Part shown: piece after piece, positions 16,153 through 26,320 of the stretch | Position numbering within the stretch: position 1 is the stretch's first letter | Layout: every line of letters begins with the position of its first letter | Assembly (NCBI GenBank): GCA_937966555.1 | Contig: CALCLY010000027.1 | Span: 14,620-78,619, forward strand | Direction of reading: 5' to 3' | Source of the DNA: an uncultured Clostridia bacterium | Lineage (GTDB): Bacteria > Bacillota > Clostridia > UMGS1883 > UMGS1540 | Length of the DNA stretch: 64,000 nucleotides | Position numbers and translations under genes: made by a program | Notes under the pieces: model-generated | Databases searched by the model: none | Told to the model about the DNA's origin: nothing | What the model saw: the letters and a program-made list of their open reading frames with translations, nothing else

Positions 16153-19100
16153 ATGAAAAAACATTTAAGCGCCCTTTTGGCTTTATGCATTGCCGTTTTG
16201 CTGCTGCCCTCAGCGGCGTTTGCCTCGGACGACGACACAATAAACGGTATAATGTATGACAAAGAGCATGTCACGGTATCGGACATATCATATTCAAACA
16301 ATCAATCCTGGGACTTTAATAAGGCAGGCTCATGGGACCGCCCCGAATGGCTCGGCATAGGCGACTGCATCGTCTCCCCGTGGGACGGCGGGTATGCCAG
16401 AAGGTCCCCGTATATTCTCACCGTAACGTTTACGTCAGACGCGGATTTTACGGTGTCTCTCGATTACGCCTTCTCGGCACACTACTCAAACGGATATGTT
16501 GCGGTTGACGGCACAAAATACATAGAACTTGAAAACAGCGGCAGCGACATAGATCAATATCATTGCTTAAAAGATCACCTCAGCCAAAAGCTTTCGGCAG
16601 GCACGCACAAGGTGGAAATATACTTCCATAAAGGGGGAGACAACGGAAACTTCATGGCGTATGTCTATAACTTCACCGCCTGCACCGCAGACCACGGCGC
16701 CATAGCCGGCAATGTTGTTTTGCCCGACTGCTACAACGGCGGATATACGGATTTCACCTGTTCGGTATGCGGCTATTCGTGGCGCGCGGACGAGACGCCG
16801 CGCCTTGAGCACGAGTTTTCGGACGGGGTATGCATTCACTGCGGCGAATACAAAATGGATCAGGACGAAAACGGCGTATATCTTATTAAATACCCGGGTC
16901 AGCTCAGCCAGTTTTCAAGAATAGTAAACGAAACAAATGCCGGCGCTTCGGCAAAGCTTGTAAACGATATTTTATTCAATGAAAACGTTCTGAATGAAAA
17001 CGGCGAATTAAACGCGGAAAACCGCGCGTCATTTACGCAGTTTACGCCCATCGGCACACCGTCAAACCCCTTCTCGGGCACATTTGACGGGGACGGGCAC
17101 ACCGTAAGCGGACTTTATATTTACCCCGAGGAGGCAATCACGCAGGGCAGGGAAGATGCAACAAAACTTGCTCTTGTCGGCTGCGCGTCGGGTGCGGCGG
17201 TGAAAAACGTTACGATTAAAGACTCGTATGTAAAGGGCACGGAATATGCCGCGGGCATATGCGCCAATTCGAAGGAGTCTCTCATAGAAAACTGCCGCGT
17301 GCTTGATTCGCGCATAGAGGCGCTCTCCAACGCAGGCGGAATATGTGCGAAAATCGAGGTGTCGAAATCTTCCAAATCCGCCTCCGTAAAGCGCTGTGTA
17401 AACTCTGCCGCAGTTACAGCTTCAAACGAGCGCGCGGCAGGCATTGCGGCAAACCTTTATTACTATAACATTTCAATAGAAAACTGTTTAAACCTCGGCA
17501 GTATAAACGCCGGCTCCGCGGCAGGCGGCATCGCGGCATATGCCGGAACTTATCCGTATTCAATATCAAGCTGCCTTGATTTGGGCAATATACAAGCCAA
17601 CACCAACAAAGGTCACATAATCGGCGAATACTATTATTCAAAGTTCAAAGTAACAAACTGCGGCTATGTACTGGACGGCACAAGTCCCCTTGGCAGCGGC
17701 AGCGGCAGCGGCTTTACAAATGACAGCCGTGCCTTTTCGAAAGACGCGTTATCCTCCGGCGCGGCGGCATATTATTTAAACGGCAGTCAAAGCGAGAATG
17801 TTTCCTGGTATCAGACTCTGGGGGAGGACCCCTACCCCACGCCGGACAGCAACCGTAAAACCGTTTATGCCGCGGGAAACTATTTCTCAAACATAAACTG
17901 CCCTCACGCAAACACCGAATCGGTTCACGTCGACCCGACATGCACAGATGAAGGCTATGACGGCGAAAAGTGTGCGGACTGCGGCGTGGTTCTCAAAAAG
18001 ACCGTGACCATTCCTCCCACGGGCGAGCACGATTATAAGGATTATGTATGCACCGTGTGCAAAGACGGAGAAACACCCGACGGCACGGGAACGGACACGG
18101 ATCCCATTATCATAAGTAACCCCGGAAACCTGCTGTGGCTCAGCCAGTATTATAACGACAAGCTGCGCGAAAATGCTTCTCTTCCGGAATATGTATATGT
18201 TTCAACCGCCTGCGCGATTGACATGAGTCTCCTCCCTGCCGGAACCAAGTTTGACCCTATCGGAAGCGACTCAAAGCCCTTCAGCGGCATATTTGACGGC
18301 GGCAATTCAAAAAACAGCTTTGAGATAGCTATAGATAATTTAAGCGTAAACGCTCTTGACAACGCGGGTCTTTTCGGATACACATCAAACGCCTCCATTA
18401 AGAATGTTCTTTTAACCAACGCCGACATACACGGCAGAAACAATGTCGGCGCAATTGCGGGAGCTTCGTATTCGATTTCATCGACCCACACCGTTTTGTC
18501 ACGCAACATAGTTGACCACTCTAAAATCAGCGGCACAAACAACGTGGGCGGCATTGTCGGCACGCTCGGCAATTGCGTTCTTTCGGAATGCAGCGTCTCC
18601 TCAACCGGGTTATCCGTTTCGGGGTCCGGCTACACATATATCGGCGGAATCGCTGCCATAAACAACGGCAGCGTAACAAACTCGCTTGCCGTGAATAACA
18701 TAATGACCGGCAGCGACGACGGCTCAAATTATACGGGAGGTATCACGGCGTTTAACCAAGGCTATACAGCGCTCTCCGCGGCGTACTCCTGCAAATACAA
18801 CAAAGCCACATACAGCGGCGGAATTGTCTGCGTCGGCAAAACCCCGTTATCCTCTTATTACTTCACGCAGCATAAGATTAATTCCATGGCGGACGGCACA
18901 CCTGCTTCCTCCGAACAATTTGCTTCGGGCGAAATATGCTACGCTTTAAATTCCGGCGTAACGTACGGCGCGCAGATATGGTACCAGGTTCTTACAGCAT
19001 CCGAAGGAGTGCCGCTGCCGATTTTTTACGAAAAAGGAACTGTGTACAAAAACAAAGACGGCTACTCAAACACGCCCGAGCTTGTGCTGACGCTTTCGGG

Positions 19101-19338
19101 CAATGAACTTAATGTCCGCAACCCCATAGCGGCGGACGCGGAATCAAAATCGGCTTTGCTTCATTTTGCGGCATACAAAGACGGCGAGCTTATCTCCTTC
19201 CGCCGCATGACAGTTAAAAGGGACTGCACGGTTAATATTTCGGAGCTGGGGCTCGACATAGAAAATGCCGACTCGGTTAAAATCTTTGCCTGGGGCGGCG
19301 CCGCATCTCCTGCCGAAAAACCTCTTATTTATAAATAA
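16153..19338 (+). CDS. large secreted surface protein with two GLUG-type repeat regions and Cys-rich modules
   Basis: Signal peptide MKKHLSALLALCIAVLLLPSAAFA. The lead-in motifs NPFSGTFDGDGHTVSGLYI and KPFSGIFDGGN are each followed by repeated xGGIxG units, as in GLUG-motif proteins. CxxC pairs are also present (TCSVCGY...CIHCGE, CADCG...CTVCKDG). Confidence 0.75.
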   Translation: MKKHLSALLALCIAVLLLPSAAFASDDDTINGIMYDKEHVTVSDISYSNNQSWDFNKAGSWDRPEWLGIGDCIVSPWDGGYARRSPYILTVTFTSDADFTVSLDYAFSAHYSNGYVAVDGTKYIELENSGSDIDQYHCLKDHLSQKLSAGTHKVEIYFHKGGDNGNFMAYVYNFTACTADHGAIAGNVVLPDCYNGGYTDFTCSVCGYSWRADETPRLEHEFSDGVCIHCGEYKMDQDENGVYLIKYPGQLSQFSRIVNETNAGASAKLVNDILFNENVLNENGELNAENRASFTQFTPIGTPSNPFSGTFDGDGHTVSGLYIYPEEAITQGREDATKLALVGCASGAAVKNVTIKDSYVKGTEYAAGICANSKESLIENCRVLDSRIEALSNAGGICAKIEVSKSSKSASVKRCVNSAAVTASNERAAGIAANLYYYNISIENCLNLGSINAGSAAGGIAAYAGTYPYSISSCLDLGNIQANTNKGHIIGEYYYSKFKVTNCGYVLDGTSPLGSGSGSGFTNDSRAFSKDALSSGAAAYYLNGSQSENVSWYQTLGEDPYPTPDSNRKTVYAAGNYFSNINCPHANTESVHVDPTCTDEGYDGEKCADCGVVLKKTVTIPPTGEHDYKDYVCTVCKDGETPDGTGTDTDPIIISNPGNLLWLSQYYNDKLRENASLPEYVYVSTACAIDMSLLPAGTKFDPIGSDSKPFSGIFDGGNSKNSFEIAIDNLSVNALDNAGLFGYTSNASIKNVLLTNADIHGRNNVGAIAGASYSISSTHTVLSRNIVDHSKISGTNNVGGIVGTLGNCVLSECSVSSTGLSVSGSGYTYIGGIAAINNGSVTNSLAVNNIMTGSDDGSNYTGGITAFNQGYTALSAAYSCKYNKATYSGGIVCVGKTPLSSYYFTQHKINSMADGTPASSEQFASGEICYALNSGVTYGAQIWYQVLTASEGVPLPIFYEKGTVYKNKDGYSNTPELVLTLSGNELNVRNPIAADAESKSALLHFAAYKDGELISFRRMTVKRDCTVNISELGLDIENADSVKIFAWGGAASPAEKPLIYK

Positions 19339-19354
19339 TATGTAAGTAATTATT

Positions 19355-19397
19355 TTAAAAAACCTTTCGTATATTATATTATACGGAAGGTTTTTTT
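19355..19397 (+). terminator. intrinsic terminator after the GLUG protein gene
   Basis: AAAAAACCTTTCGTATA ttatat TATACGGAAGGTTTTTTT. Confidence 0.7.
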
Positions 19398-19400
19398 ATT

Positions 19401-19490
19401 GGCCGCTCACACTTGTTCGCTTTCAAACGCAAAGTAGGGGCGACCCTATGTGGTCGCCCGTCTTGTGCTCCGCACACCAAACAAACAAGG
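19401..19490. repeat. REP/BIME-like repeat
   Basis: gctcacacttgttcgctttcaaacgcaaa, then REP core 19434-19460 (plus), then the start of the ccgcacaccaaac module. Confidence 0.85.
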
Positions 19491-19498
19491 AGGTAAAC

Positions 19499-19705
19499 AT
19501 GAAAAACAAATCAAAAAAAAGGCTGCGCGTTTTTACGGCGCAGCTAATAGTCTCCCTGCTTTTGCTGGGAGCTTTATCGCTTATGAAAATATATATCCCG
19601 TCCGGCGCGGCTCAGCTTGCCGATGCCGTAAAATACAACGCAAACCCGGAGTATATTTCCGAAAACATAAAAAACTTTATTTTAAAATATACTCCGCAGA
19701 GGTAG
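19499..19705 (+). CDS. small membrane protein, unknown function (68 aa)
   Basis: ATG 19499 with AAGGAGG 7 nt upstream. MKNKSKKRLRVFTAQLIVSLLLLGALSLMKIY contains one transmembrane helix. The longer 19448 ORF begins inside a REP core. Confidence 0.5.
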   Translation: MKNKSKKRLRVFTAQLIVSLLLLGALSLMKIYIPSGAAQLADAVKYNANPEYISENIKNFILKYTPQR

Positions 19706-19709
19706 CTTT

Positions 19710-20168
19710 TCACTTTTTGTCGCTCAAAAGACGGCTGAGTTCAGACATAAACGTGTTTATATCCTTAAACTGTCTGTAAACCGAGGCAAAGCGGACATAT
19801 GCCACCTCATCAAGACTTTTGAGCTTGTCCATAACAAGCTCGCCTATCTGCTCCGTTGTGACTTCCCTCTCCATTGTGTTTGCAATTATATTTTCGATTT
19901 CATCCACAACAACCTCCAGGTTGCCTATGGAAACGGGGCGCTTTTCGCACGCGCGCAAAAGACCGCGCATGAGCTTATCCCTCGAAAACGCTTCGCGCGT
20001 GGAATCCTTTTTAACAACCATAATCGGCACGCGTTCAACCTTTTCATATGTTGTAAAACGCTTTTCGCACTTTACACACTCTCTGCGCCTGCGTATCGAA
20101 TCGCCCTCCTCAATTGGGCGCGAATCTATAACGCGGCTTTCTTCGCATCCGCAGAACGGACATTTCAT
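19710..20168 (-). CDS. nrdR: transcriptional repressor NrdR
   Basis: [18 protein letters not shown] zinc ribbon plus an ATP-cone. 152 aa. Confidence 0.93.
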   Translation of the reverse strand: MKCPFCGCEESRVIDSRPIEEGDSIRRRRECVKCEKRFTTYEKVERVPIMVVKKDSTREAFSRDKLMRGLLRACEKRPVSIGNLEVVVDEIENIIANTMEREVTTEQIGELVMDKLKSLDEVAYVRFASVYRQFKDINTFMSELSRLLSDKK

Positions 20169-20173
20169 AAGGA

Positions 20174-20614
20174 CTACTTCCTTTCCTCATACTGAGCAAT
20201 TTTATCGATTCTGCCCTGGTGACGGCCGCCCATATATTCCGAATAAAGCCATGCGTCAAGCGACTCGAGCGCAAGCACCGGGCCCGTTATTCTGCCGCCG
20301 AAGCAGATGATGTTAGAATTGTTGTGTTCCTTTGTGAGACCTGCCGAGGTGGGCTCCGTAACCACCGCCGCGCGGATGCCGCGCACCTTGTTTGCCGCGA
20401 TGCACATGCCTATTCCCGTTCCGCAGCAGAGTATGCCCCTCTCGCACTCTCCGCTTGCAACGGATTCAGCAACGGGGAACGCAATGTCGGGGTAATCTGC
20501 CTTTTCGCCCTCGCCGCAGCCGAAGTCCTTCACCTTAAATCCTCTTTCTTTTAAATGGCGTATGATCTCAAGCTTAAGCTCATACGCACCGTGGTCACAG
20601 CCTATTGCTATCAT
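20174..20614 (-). CDS. rpiB: ribose-5-phosphate isomerase B (RpiB/LacA/LacB family)
   Basis: [14 protein letters not shown]...[13 protein letters not shown] motifs. ATG 20614 is preferred over 20623 because of RBS spacing. Confidence 0.9.
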   Translation of the reverse strand: MIAIGCDHGAYELKLEIIRHLKERGFKVKDFGCGEGEKADYPDIAFPVAESVASGECERGILCCGTGIGMCIAANKVRGIRAAVVTEPTSAGLTKEHNNSNIICFGGRITGPVLALESLDAWLYSEYMGGRHQGRIDKIAQYEERK

Positions 20615-20640
20615 ATTTATCATCCTTTCTTTATATGTTG

Positions 20641-20925
20641 TAGCTCACGCTTGTTCGCTCCTAAAACGACCGTAGGGGCGACCCTGTGTGGTCGCCCGTG
20701 CATGCATTCGGCGCTTCAACAACACATTGTTTCCTACCCTCATAGAGGTATAAAAAGCCACGTACACGCCGCGGCTTTTTATGATTTTAAGCCGCTTTCA
20801 ATAATGTACCGGTGTGGTCGCCCGTTTTGTTTCCGCACACCAAACGGACAATTCGTGAATTGTTCCTACAAAATAAAATCCAAATGCGCGGACAACAATT
20901 TTTCCGCATCCAATAATGTCCCGAC
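20641..20925. repeat. mosaic REP/BIME-like repeat cluster
   Basis: Contains gctcacgcttgttcgctc, REP core 20672-20698 (plus), inverted cassette and terminator-like hairpin modules, half REP 20814-20824, hairpin GGACAATTCGTGAATTGTTCC, and the aaatgcgcggacaacaatttttccgca module (an inverted copy is at about 63268-63298). Confidence 0.9.
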
Positions 20926-20931
20926 GCCGGC

Positions 20932-21612
20932 TCACTTCATCTTTTCTTCTCTCACTCTTTCCGCCTGCGGTTTTCTTATATAAACGGGCAGCAATTTTTC
21001 GGGCGGCACCGTTTCTTTGCCGATTGCCGCAAATGCCACACCCGCCGCGCGCTGATACATAAGCTGCGGCGGCGCAAACTCCGCACGTTCTCCGAGAGTT
21101 TTTATTATTTCATCGCGGTACACCGCGGCTCCGTCTCCCGCAAAAAGGGCGCCTTTGGGAAGCTCTGAAAGAAGCTCCGCCAGCGGCAATGCGCGCATTG
21201 CCCGAAGTTCTTTTAAACTGCCGTTTTCCCATCTGTACAATGCGTTATAAACCTCGCTGCGGCGCGCGTCCATAATGGGGCAGATTATCTTTTTCGAATT
21301 GCAAAGTCCCATGCACATCGCCTCAAGGCTTGAAACGCCGCATGTCTCTTTCCCGGCGCCTGCCGCAAGTCCCTTGACGGTTCCGACGCCTATGCGCAGT
21401 CCCGTGAAAGATCCCGGCCCCGTTGACACGGCGAAAACGTCTATATCCGAAATGTCCGCCTTGGCGGAGGTGATAACACTGTCTATAAGCGGCATCAGCG
21501 TTTCCGAATGTGTAAGACCCACATTCAAATAACTTTCGGAAAGCAGCTTATTGTCTTTCACAAGCGCCGCACCCGCGGAAACGGCGCTGCTTTCAACTCC
21601 GAGTATAATCAA
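20932..21612 (-). CDS. tsaB: tRNA t6A biosynthesis protein TsaB
   Basis: MIILGVESSAVSAGAALV...GPGSFTGLRIGV motifs. Overlaps the tsaE stop. Confidence 0.9.
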   Translation of the reverse strand: MIILGVESSAVSAGAALVKDNKLLSESYLNVGLTHSETLMPLIDSVITSAKADISDIDVFAVSTGPGSFTGLRIGVGTVKGLAAGAGKETCGVSSLEAMCMGLCNSKKIICPIMDARRSEVYNALYRWENGSLKELRAMRALPLAELLSELPKGALFAGDGAAVYRDEIIKTLGERAEFAPPQLMYQRAAGVAFAAIGKETVPPEKLLPVYIRKPQAERVREEKMK

Positions 21613-22019
21613 AATTCCGTCACCTCAATATATCTTTCGTTCTCATTCTCTGTTTTTGTAAATTTTACCAAAGTGGCATTGCCGCGGAACAAATCCGCAA
21701 AACCGTCAAACCATTCAACCACCGTGATAACCCCGTCCGCAAGAGGGTCAAAGCCAATCTCGAAAAGTTCTTCCTCATCGCTTAAGCGGTACAAATCAAA
21801 GTGATGTACGGGAATTTTTCCTTCGTAAATATTCATGATAGTAAAAGTCGGGCTCGAAACCCTTCCGTCATATCCGCAGCCGCGCGCAATTCCGCGCGTG
21901 AATGCGGTTTTCCCCGCACCCAGCTCGCCCGAAAGGCAAAATGTGTGCGGCACACCGTATTTAAGTGCTATGGACGCGGCAAACTTTTCCGTGTCCTCAG
22001 TGCTTTTTGAATGAAACAT
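21609..22019 (-). CDS. tsaE: tRNA t6A biosynthesis ATPase TsaE
   Basis: LSGELGAGKTAFTRGIARG Walker A and SPTFTIMNIY...HFDLYRL blocks. Confidence 0.9.
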   Translation of the reverse strand: MFHSKSTEDTEKFAASIALKYGVPHTFCLSGELGAGKTAFTRGIARGCGYDGRVSSPTFTIMNIYEGKIPVHHFDLYRLSDEEELFEIGFDPLADGVITVVEWFDGFADLFRGNATLVKFTKTENENERYIEVTEF

Positions 22020-22040
22020 AATAATCTTTGCCTTTCTTCC

Positions 22041-22225
22041 TCACGCTTGTTCACTCTCCATAAATACCGTGAAAAGTTGGTAGTGCCGCGAAGGCGTTAT
22101 GTGTGCATTTATAAACACCAAGCATTCGCAAACGTGACTTTTCGCGGAAAAGGAGGGACAGCGGAGCGCAGCTTGTCCCGACGCCGTAGGGGCGACCCTA
22201 TGTGGTCGCCCGTTTTGTTTCCTCA
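22041..22225. repeat. mosaic REP/BIME-like repeat cluster
   Basis: The ccgtgaaaagttggtagtgccgcgaaggcg...acgtgacttttcgcgg element has 11-bp inverted ends. REP core 22186-22212 (plus). It lacks the CTGATTTTG...CAAAATCAG hairpin that is present in the copies at 26.4 and 30.5 kb. Confidence 0.9.
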
Positions 22226-22246
22226 ACACCATGCGGCAGCAAACTC

Positions 22247-23773
22247 TCATCCCCAGAATTTCTGATCCAGATTTCTGTACTGAACCGCCTCGGCAACATG
22301 CATCATGCCGATTTTTTCAGACCCCGCAAGATCTGCAATCGTCCTCGAAACCTTAAGGATTCTGCTGTGCGCACGCGCGCTCAAATGCATCACTTCAAAC
22401 GCGCCTTTCAAAACCTTTTCGGCTTCCCTGTCAAGCTCGCAGTATTTTGAAATATTCTCGCCCGAAAGACCTGCATTTGTGTAAAAACCGCAGCCCTTGT
22501 ATCTTTCCGCCTGGATTTCGCGCGCCTTCACAACTCTCTTTTTAATCTGTGCCGAGGTTTCCGCCGGCGGCAGCTTTATGTCTTTATATGAAAGGCTTGA
22601 AGCCTCTGTTTGTATATCAATTCTGTCAAGCAGAGGACCGCTGATTTTTGAAAGATATCTCTGAACGGACGCCTCCGAGCAGCGGCATTTTCTGTTCCTG
22701 TCGCCGTAATAGCCGCATTTACACGGGTTCATCGCCGCGACAAGCATTGTGCGGCATGGATATGTAACGCTTGCGGCAACGCGCGTTATGCGCACCTCTC
22801 CGTCTTCAATAGGCTGGCGCATAACCTCCGTGGCATCGCGCCGAAACTCCGGAAACTCGTCCAGAAACAAAACTCCGTTGTGCGCCAGGGAAAGCTCCCC
22901 GGGGCGCGGCACCGAGCCGCCGCCGACAAGACCCACGGTTGAAATGCTGTGGTGCGGCGCGCGGAACGGACGTCTTGTTATAAGCGAAAGTCCGTTTTTC
23001 AAAAGTCCGGCAACGCTGTATATTTTTGTGGTTTCAAGCGCTTCCTCGGGCGTGAGGTCGGGCAATATTGAAGGAATACGCTGTGCAAGCATCGTTTTCC
23101 CCGAGCCGGGAGAGCCGACAATAAGGCAATTGTGACCGCCCGACGCCGCAACCTCTATCGCACGCTTGACGATAGTCTGTCCGCGAACCTCCGAAAAGTC
23201 GTACGGATAGACAGAATTTCTTTTGAAAAGTTCATTAAAGTTTACAAAGGTTTCCTGCATTGGGGTTTCGCCCGTGAGAAGTTCCGCCGCCTGGCGCAGC
23301 GTTTTCACGCCGAAAATTGCCGTTTTTCTCACAAGCGCCGCTTCCTTCGCGTTGTCATAAGGCACCACAAAGCGGCACAGTCCGGCTTTCGCCGTGTCCA
23401 TCACCGCCGGCAGAACGCCCGGCACGGGCCGAACCTCGCCCGAGAGCGAAAGCTCACCCAAAACAACCGTGGGTTCTATGCCGGTTTTAATCTGCTCTGT
23501 CGCCTTCAAAATCGCAATTGCTATGGGCAAGTCGAAAAGAGATCCCTCTTTTTTTATGCCCGACGGCGCAAGGTTTATCGTGTACCGGCGCGACGGAAAC
23601 TCATATCCGCAGTTTTTTATGGCGGCGCGCACTCTCTCGCGCGCTTCTTTCACCGTGGCGTCCGGCAGACCCACAATTTCAAATGCGGGCAGCCCCTGAG
23701 AAACATCCGCCTCAACGGTAACAATATGCCCGTCAAGACCCGTCAGACAGCAGGTTTTAACCTCTGCAATCAT
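22247..23773 (-). CDS. comM: YifB/ComM-family Mg-chelatase-like ATPase
   Basis: LIVGSPGSGKTMLAQRIPSILP Walker A, GVLFLDEFPEF Walker B and a C-terminal SARAHSRILKVSRTIADLAG region. 508 aa. Confidence 0.9.
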   Translation of the reverse strand: MIAEVKTCCLTGLDGHIVTVEADVSQGLPAFEIVGLPDATVKEARERVRAAIKNCGYEFPSRRYTINLAPSGIKKEGSLFDLPIAIAILKATEQIKTGIEPTVVLGELSLSGEVRPVPGVLPAVMDTAKAGLCRFVVPYDNAKEAALVRKTAIFGVKTLRQAAELLTGETPMQETFVNFNELFKRNSVYPYDFSEVRGQTIVKRAIEVAASGGHNCLIVGSPGSGKTMLAQRIPSILPDLTPEEALETTKIYSVAGLLKNGLSLITRRPFRAPHHSISTVGLVGGGSVPRPGELSLAHNGVLFLDEFPEFRRDATEVMRQPIEDGEVRITRVAASVTYPCRTMLVAAMNPCKCGYYGDRNRKCRCSEASVQRYLSKISGPLLDRIDIQTEASSLSYKDIKLPPAETSAQIKKRVVKAREIQAERYKGCGFYTNAGLSGENISKYCELDREAEKVLKGAFEVMHLSARAHSRILKVSRTIADLAGSEKIGMMHVAEAVQYRNLDQKFWG

Positions 23774-24312
23774 TTTGTTATCTCCTTTTGGTTATATTCT
23801 TCGCCGCCCAGCGTTTTCCAATGGAATGTACCGTCAAATATCATATAGCTGTGGGGCGAATCCTGTTTCGGAATCGAAACGGAACCCGGATTTATATATG
23901 TGTAATTATCGTATTCTCTGCACTCCGGCACATGCGTGTGACCGCACAGCAGAATTTCTCCGTGCAGCTTTGAGAGAAAATCGTCGCTCAAGTTGTGCCC
24001 GTGAGCCGCATAAATCGTAACGCCGTCCGCAAGCAGAACCGCGCGCGGCGCAAGAATGTCAAACGGCAGCACCATGGCGTCAACCTCTGTGTCGCAGTTG
24101 CCGCGAACGCATATTATTTTGTCCGCCGCCGGCTGAAGAAGCGATATAACCTCCTTTGGGTCGTACAAATCAGGCAATGCGTTTCTCGGTCCGTGATAAA
24201 GTATATCTCCGAGAAGCAAAAGCCTGTCGGGATTTTCTCTTTTGTATGCCTCCATAAGTTTTGATACGTATTTTGCAGAACCGTGAAGGTCCGATGCTAT
24301 CATAATTTTCAT
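23770..24312 (-). CDS. yfcE: YfcE-family metallophosphoesterase (MJ0936-type phosphodiesterase)
   Basis: MKIMIASDLHGS, LLLGDILYHGPRN, VRGNCD and GHTH motifs. Confidence 0.85.
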   Translation of the reverse strand: MKIMIASDLHGSAKYVSKLMEAYKRENPDRLLLLGDILYHGPRNALPDLYDPKEVISLLQPAADKIICVRGNCDTEVDAMVLPFDILAPRAVLLADGVTIYAAHGHNLSDDFLSKLHGEILLCGHTHVPECREYDNYTYINPGSVSIPKQDSPHSYMIFDGTFHWKTLGGEEYNQKEITK

Positions 24313-24330
24313 GTTATTCTCCTTCCTTTG

Positions 24331-24415
24331 AGCTTCGCTGCTCTACCACCTTTTCGCTTTCAAAGCGCCGTAGGGGCGACCCTGTGTGGTCGCCCGTTTT
24401 GTTTGCGCACACCGC
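24331..24415. repeat. REP/BIME-like repeat
   Basis: REP core 24370-24396 (plus) followed by ttttgtttgcgcacaccgcac. Confidence 0.85.
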
Positions 24416-24426
24416 ACATTTCTTAC

Positions 24427-25278
24427 CTATCTCTTAAACCCTTCTCCCAAAACCTCTTTGGCGTCATTTATAATAACAAACGCATCGGGATCAAACTCGC
24501 GCACGGTTTTGACAAGCTGCGGAAGTTCCTTGGGGCGCACCACGCAAAGCAGCATAAGTCCGTCATCTCCCGAATACATGCCGCGGCAATGTATTCCCGA
24601 AACGCCGCGTTCGAACCTTTCCATAACGCAGCGCGCTATTTCCTCATTTTTCTTCGAGAAAATATGCACGGTTTTCGCATCGTCTCCCCACGTAACAAGA
24701 ATGTCCGTGATTTTCGCCGAAACGTACATGGAAAGGAGCGAATAAAATGTTATGTCAAAATCGCCGAAAACTATGCCCGAAAGCGCTATGGTTGCGCAGT
24801 CTATTATAAGAATCAGACGCGCTATGGAAATATGAGGGAAAAACTTTTTTAAAATAAGACCGGCAAAGTCGCTGCCGCCCGTGGACGAACCCACGCGCAC
24901 CACAAGCCCGAGTCCCACGCCGCAAAGCACGCCGCCCGAAAGCGCAGCAACCAAAACATTGCCCGTATACGGCGGAAAATAGCTTACAACTTCAAGAAAA
25001 ACTGTGAAAAGCAGCGTTCCCGAAACAGTTTTTGCAATCGCATATTTGCCCAAATGTCTGTAACCCAGCACAAAAAGCACCGCGTTTAACACAAGGTTTG
25101 TAATTGACAGTTTAATGCCGAAAAGGTGAAGCAGCACCGTTGCAACAGTTGTTACGCCGCCCGTGGAAATTTTACCCGGCGCCAAAAACATCGCCGCGCT
25201 CAGCGCCATGAGAAAGGTTCCGGCTGCGATAAAAGCCTGTTCAAAAAGTATTGTCTTCACCTTTTTTTGCATATTCAA
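24427..25278 (-). CDS. YitT-family membrane protein (DUF2179 C-terminal domain)
   Basis: Multi-transmembrane N-terminus containing GGVTT and GGSDF-type segments, and a soluble C-terminal domain HIFSKKNEEIA...RGVSGIHCRGMYSGDD. Confidence 0.8.
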   Translation of the reverse strand: MNMQKKVKTILFEQAFIAAGTFLMALSAAMFLAPGKISTGGVTTVATVLLHLFGIKLSITNLVLNAVLFVLGYRHLGKYAIAKTVSGTLLFTVFLEVVSYFPPYTGNVLVAALSGGVLCGVGLGLVVRVGSSTGGSDFAGLILKKFFPHISIARLILIIDCATIALSGIVFGDFDITFYSLLSMYVSAKITDILVTWGDDAKTVHIFSKKNEEIARCVMERFERGVSGIHCRGMYSGDDGLMLLCVVRPKELPQLVKTVREFDPDAFVIINDAKEVLGEGFKR

Positions 25279-25283
25279 TCTCC

Positions 25284-26291
25284 TTATTCAATTGCTGTAT
25301 TGACGGATGTTGAAACGATTTCAACCCAGGTCTGACCGGGGTTTAATTTAATTTCGTTTCCGCTTCCGTCTTTCCATACGGTTTTTGCGGTTCTGCTTTC
25401 CTTGCTCCATTTAACCGGCACGCATTTGCCTGCCGTGAGGAAATATCCTTCGCCGCTTCCCACATCGGAAATATTTATTCTTGCACTTCCGTCACCCAAA
25501 GGCGCTTCATGCATTTTCATCACGATAATATTCTCCGCCGCAATCTTCGCGCCCTCCTGCAAAGCGTAGGGAGAACCGTTTACGATGCGCGAATATGTTC
25601 CGCTCTCCGCGTCATATTCAAATTTCACCGAATAGAACGATGCGAACGGTATGTAAACCGAGCTTGCCGCGTCACCCTCGGGGGTGTAGCGCTCGTCTGC
25701 GAAATTAAGCGGCGCTTTTTCGCGGTCTGTTCTGTAGCTTTTGGCGCTTATCTGCTCGTTTATAAGCTTCATGGAAGTAAACGCGCTGTGATAGTCGTTT
25801 TTATGTTTTCTTTCGCGCCAGAATGCGCCGGCGTCATAAATTCCGTTTATGTTGTTTATGCCGAGTGCCGGAATATCCTCCATCGCCCTGGGACTCCAGC
25901 CGAAATGCGTGTAAATTGCGTCATGCTCCGAGGCATAGTCGAGAAAATAGTGTCTCGATGAGCGCACGGGACCGATTTTTTCGGTTTCCGTCTCGTTGAA
26001 AAGAGCCATAAGACGTGTTGCGCTGCCCTCAACGGTTATCTCATAAATAAGATATGCCTCCGAAAGTCCGGCATGAGGCCATGCGTCTTTATTGTCGTTA
26101 TCTATCATAACGGCAACGGGTCTTTTTGTTGCTTTCTCGTATTTTACCGCAAAATCGTCCTTCTGCGGTTCCGGCGCAGCGGTCTCCGTCGGTGCCGGAA
26201 TGCTCTCCGTCTCGGCTTTTTTCTTTCCGCACGCTGAAAAAGCGCCCGCCATCATAATAACCGCCAGAAATAAACTCAGTTTCTTTTTCAT
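25284..26291 (-). CDS. DUF3048-like lipoprotein
   Basis: Start trimmed to MKKKLSLFLAVIMMAGAFSACGKK (lipobox), with GGAG upstream. The pattern PVAVMIDN...WPHAGLSEAYLIYE...EGSATRLMALF resembles the DUF3048 family. Confidence 0.75.
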   Translation of the reverse strand: MKKKLSLFLAVIMMAGAFSACGKKKAETESIPAPTETAAPEPQKDDFAVKYEKATKRPVAVMIDNDNKDAWPHAGLSEAYLIYEITVEGSATRLMALFNETETEKIGPVRSSRHYFLDYASEHDAIYTHFGWSPRAMEDIPALGINNINGIYDAGAFWRERKHKNDYHSAFTSMKLINEQISAKSYRTDREKAPLNFADERYTPEGDAASSVYIPFASFYSVKFEYDAESGTYSRIVNGSPYALQEGAKIAAENIIVMKMHEAPLGDGSARINISDVGSGEGYFLTAGKCVPVKWSKESRTAKTVWKDGSGNEIKLNPGQTWVEIVSTSVNTAIE

Positions 26292-26320
26292 AAGAATCTC
26301 CAATCCGATATCAAATTTTC

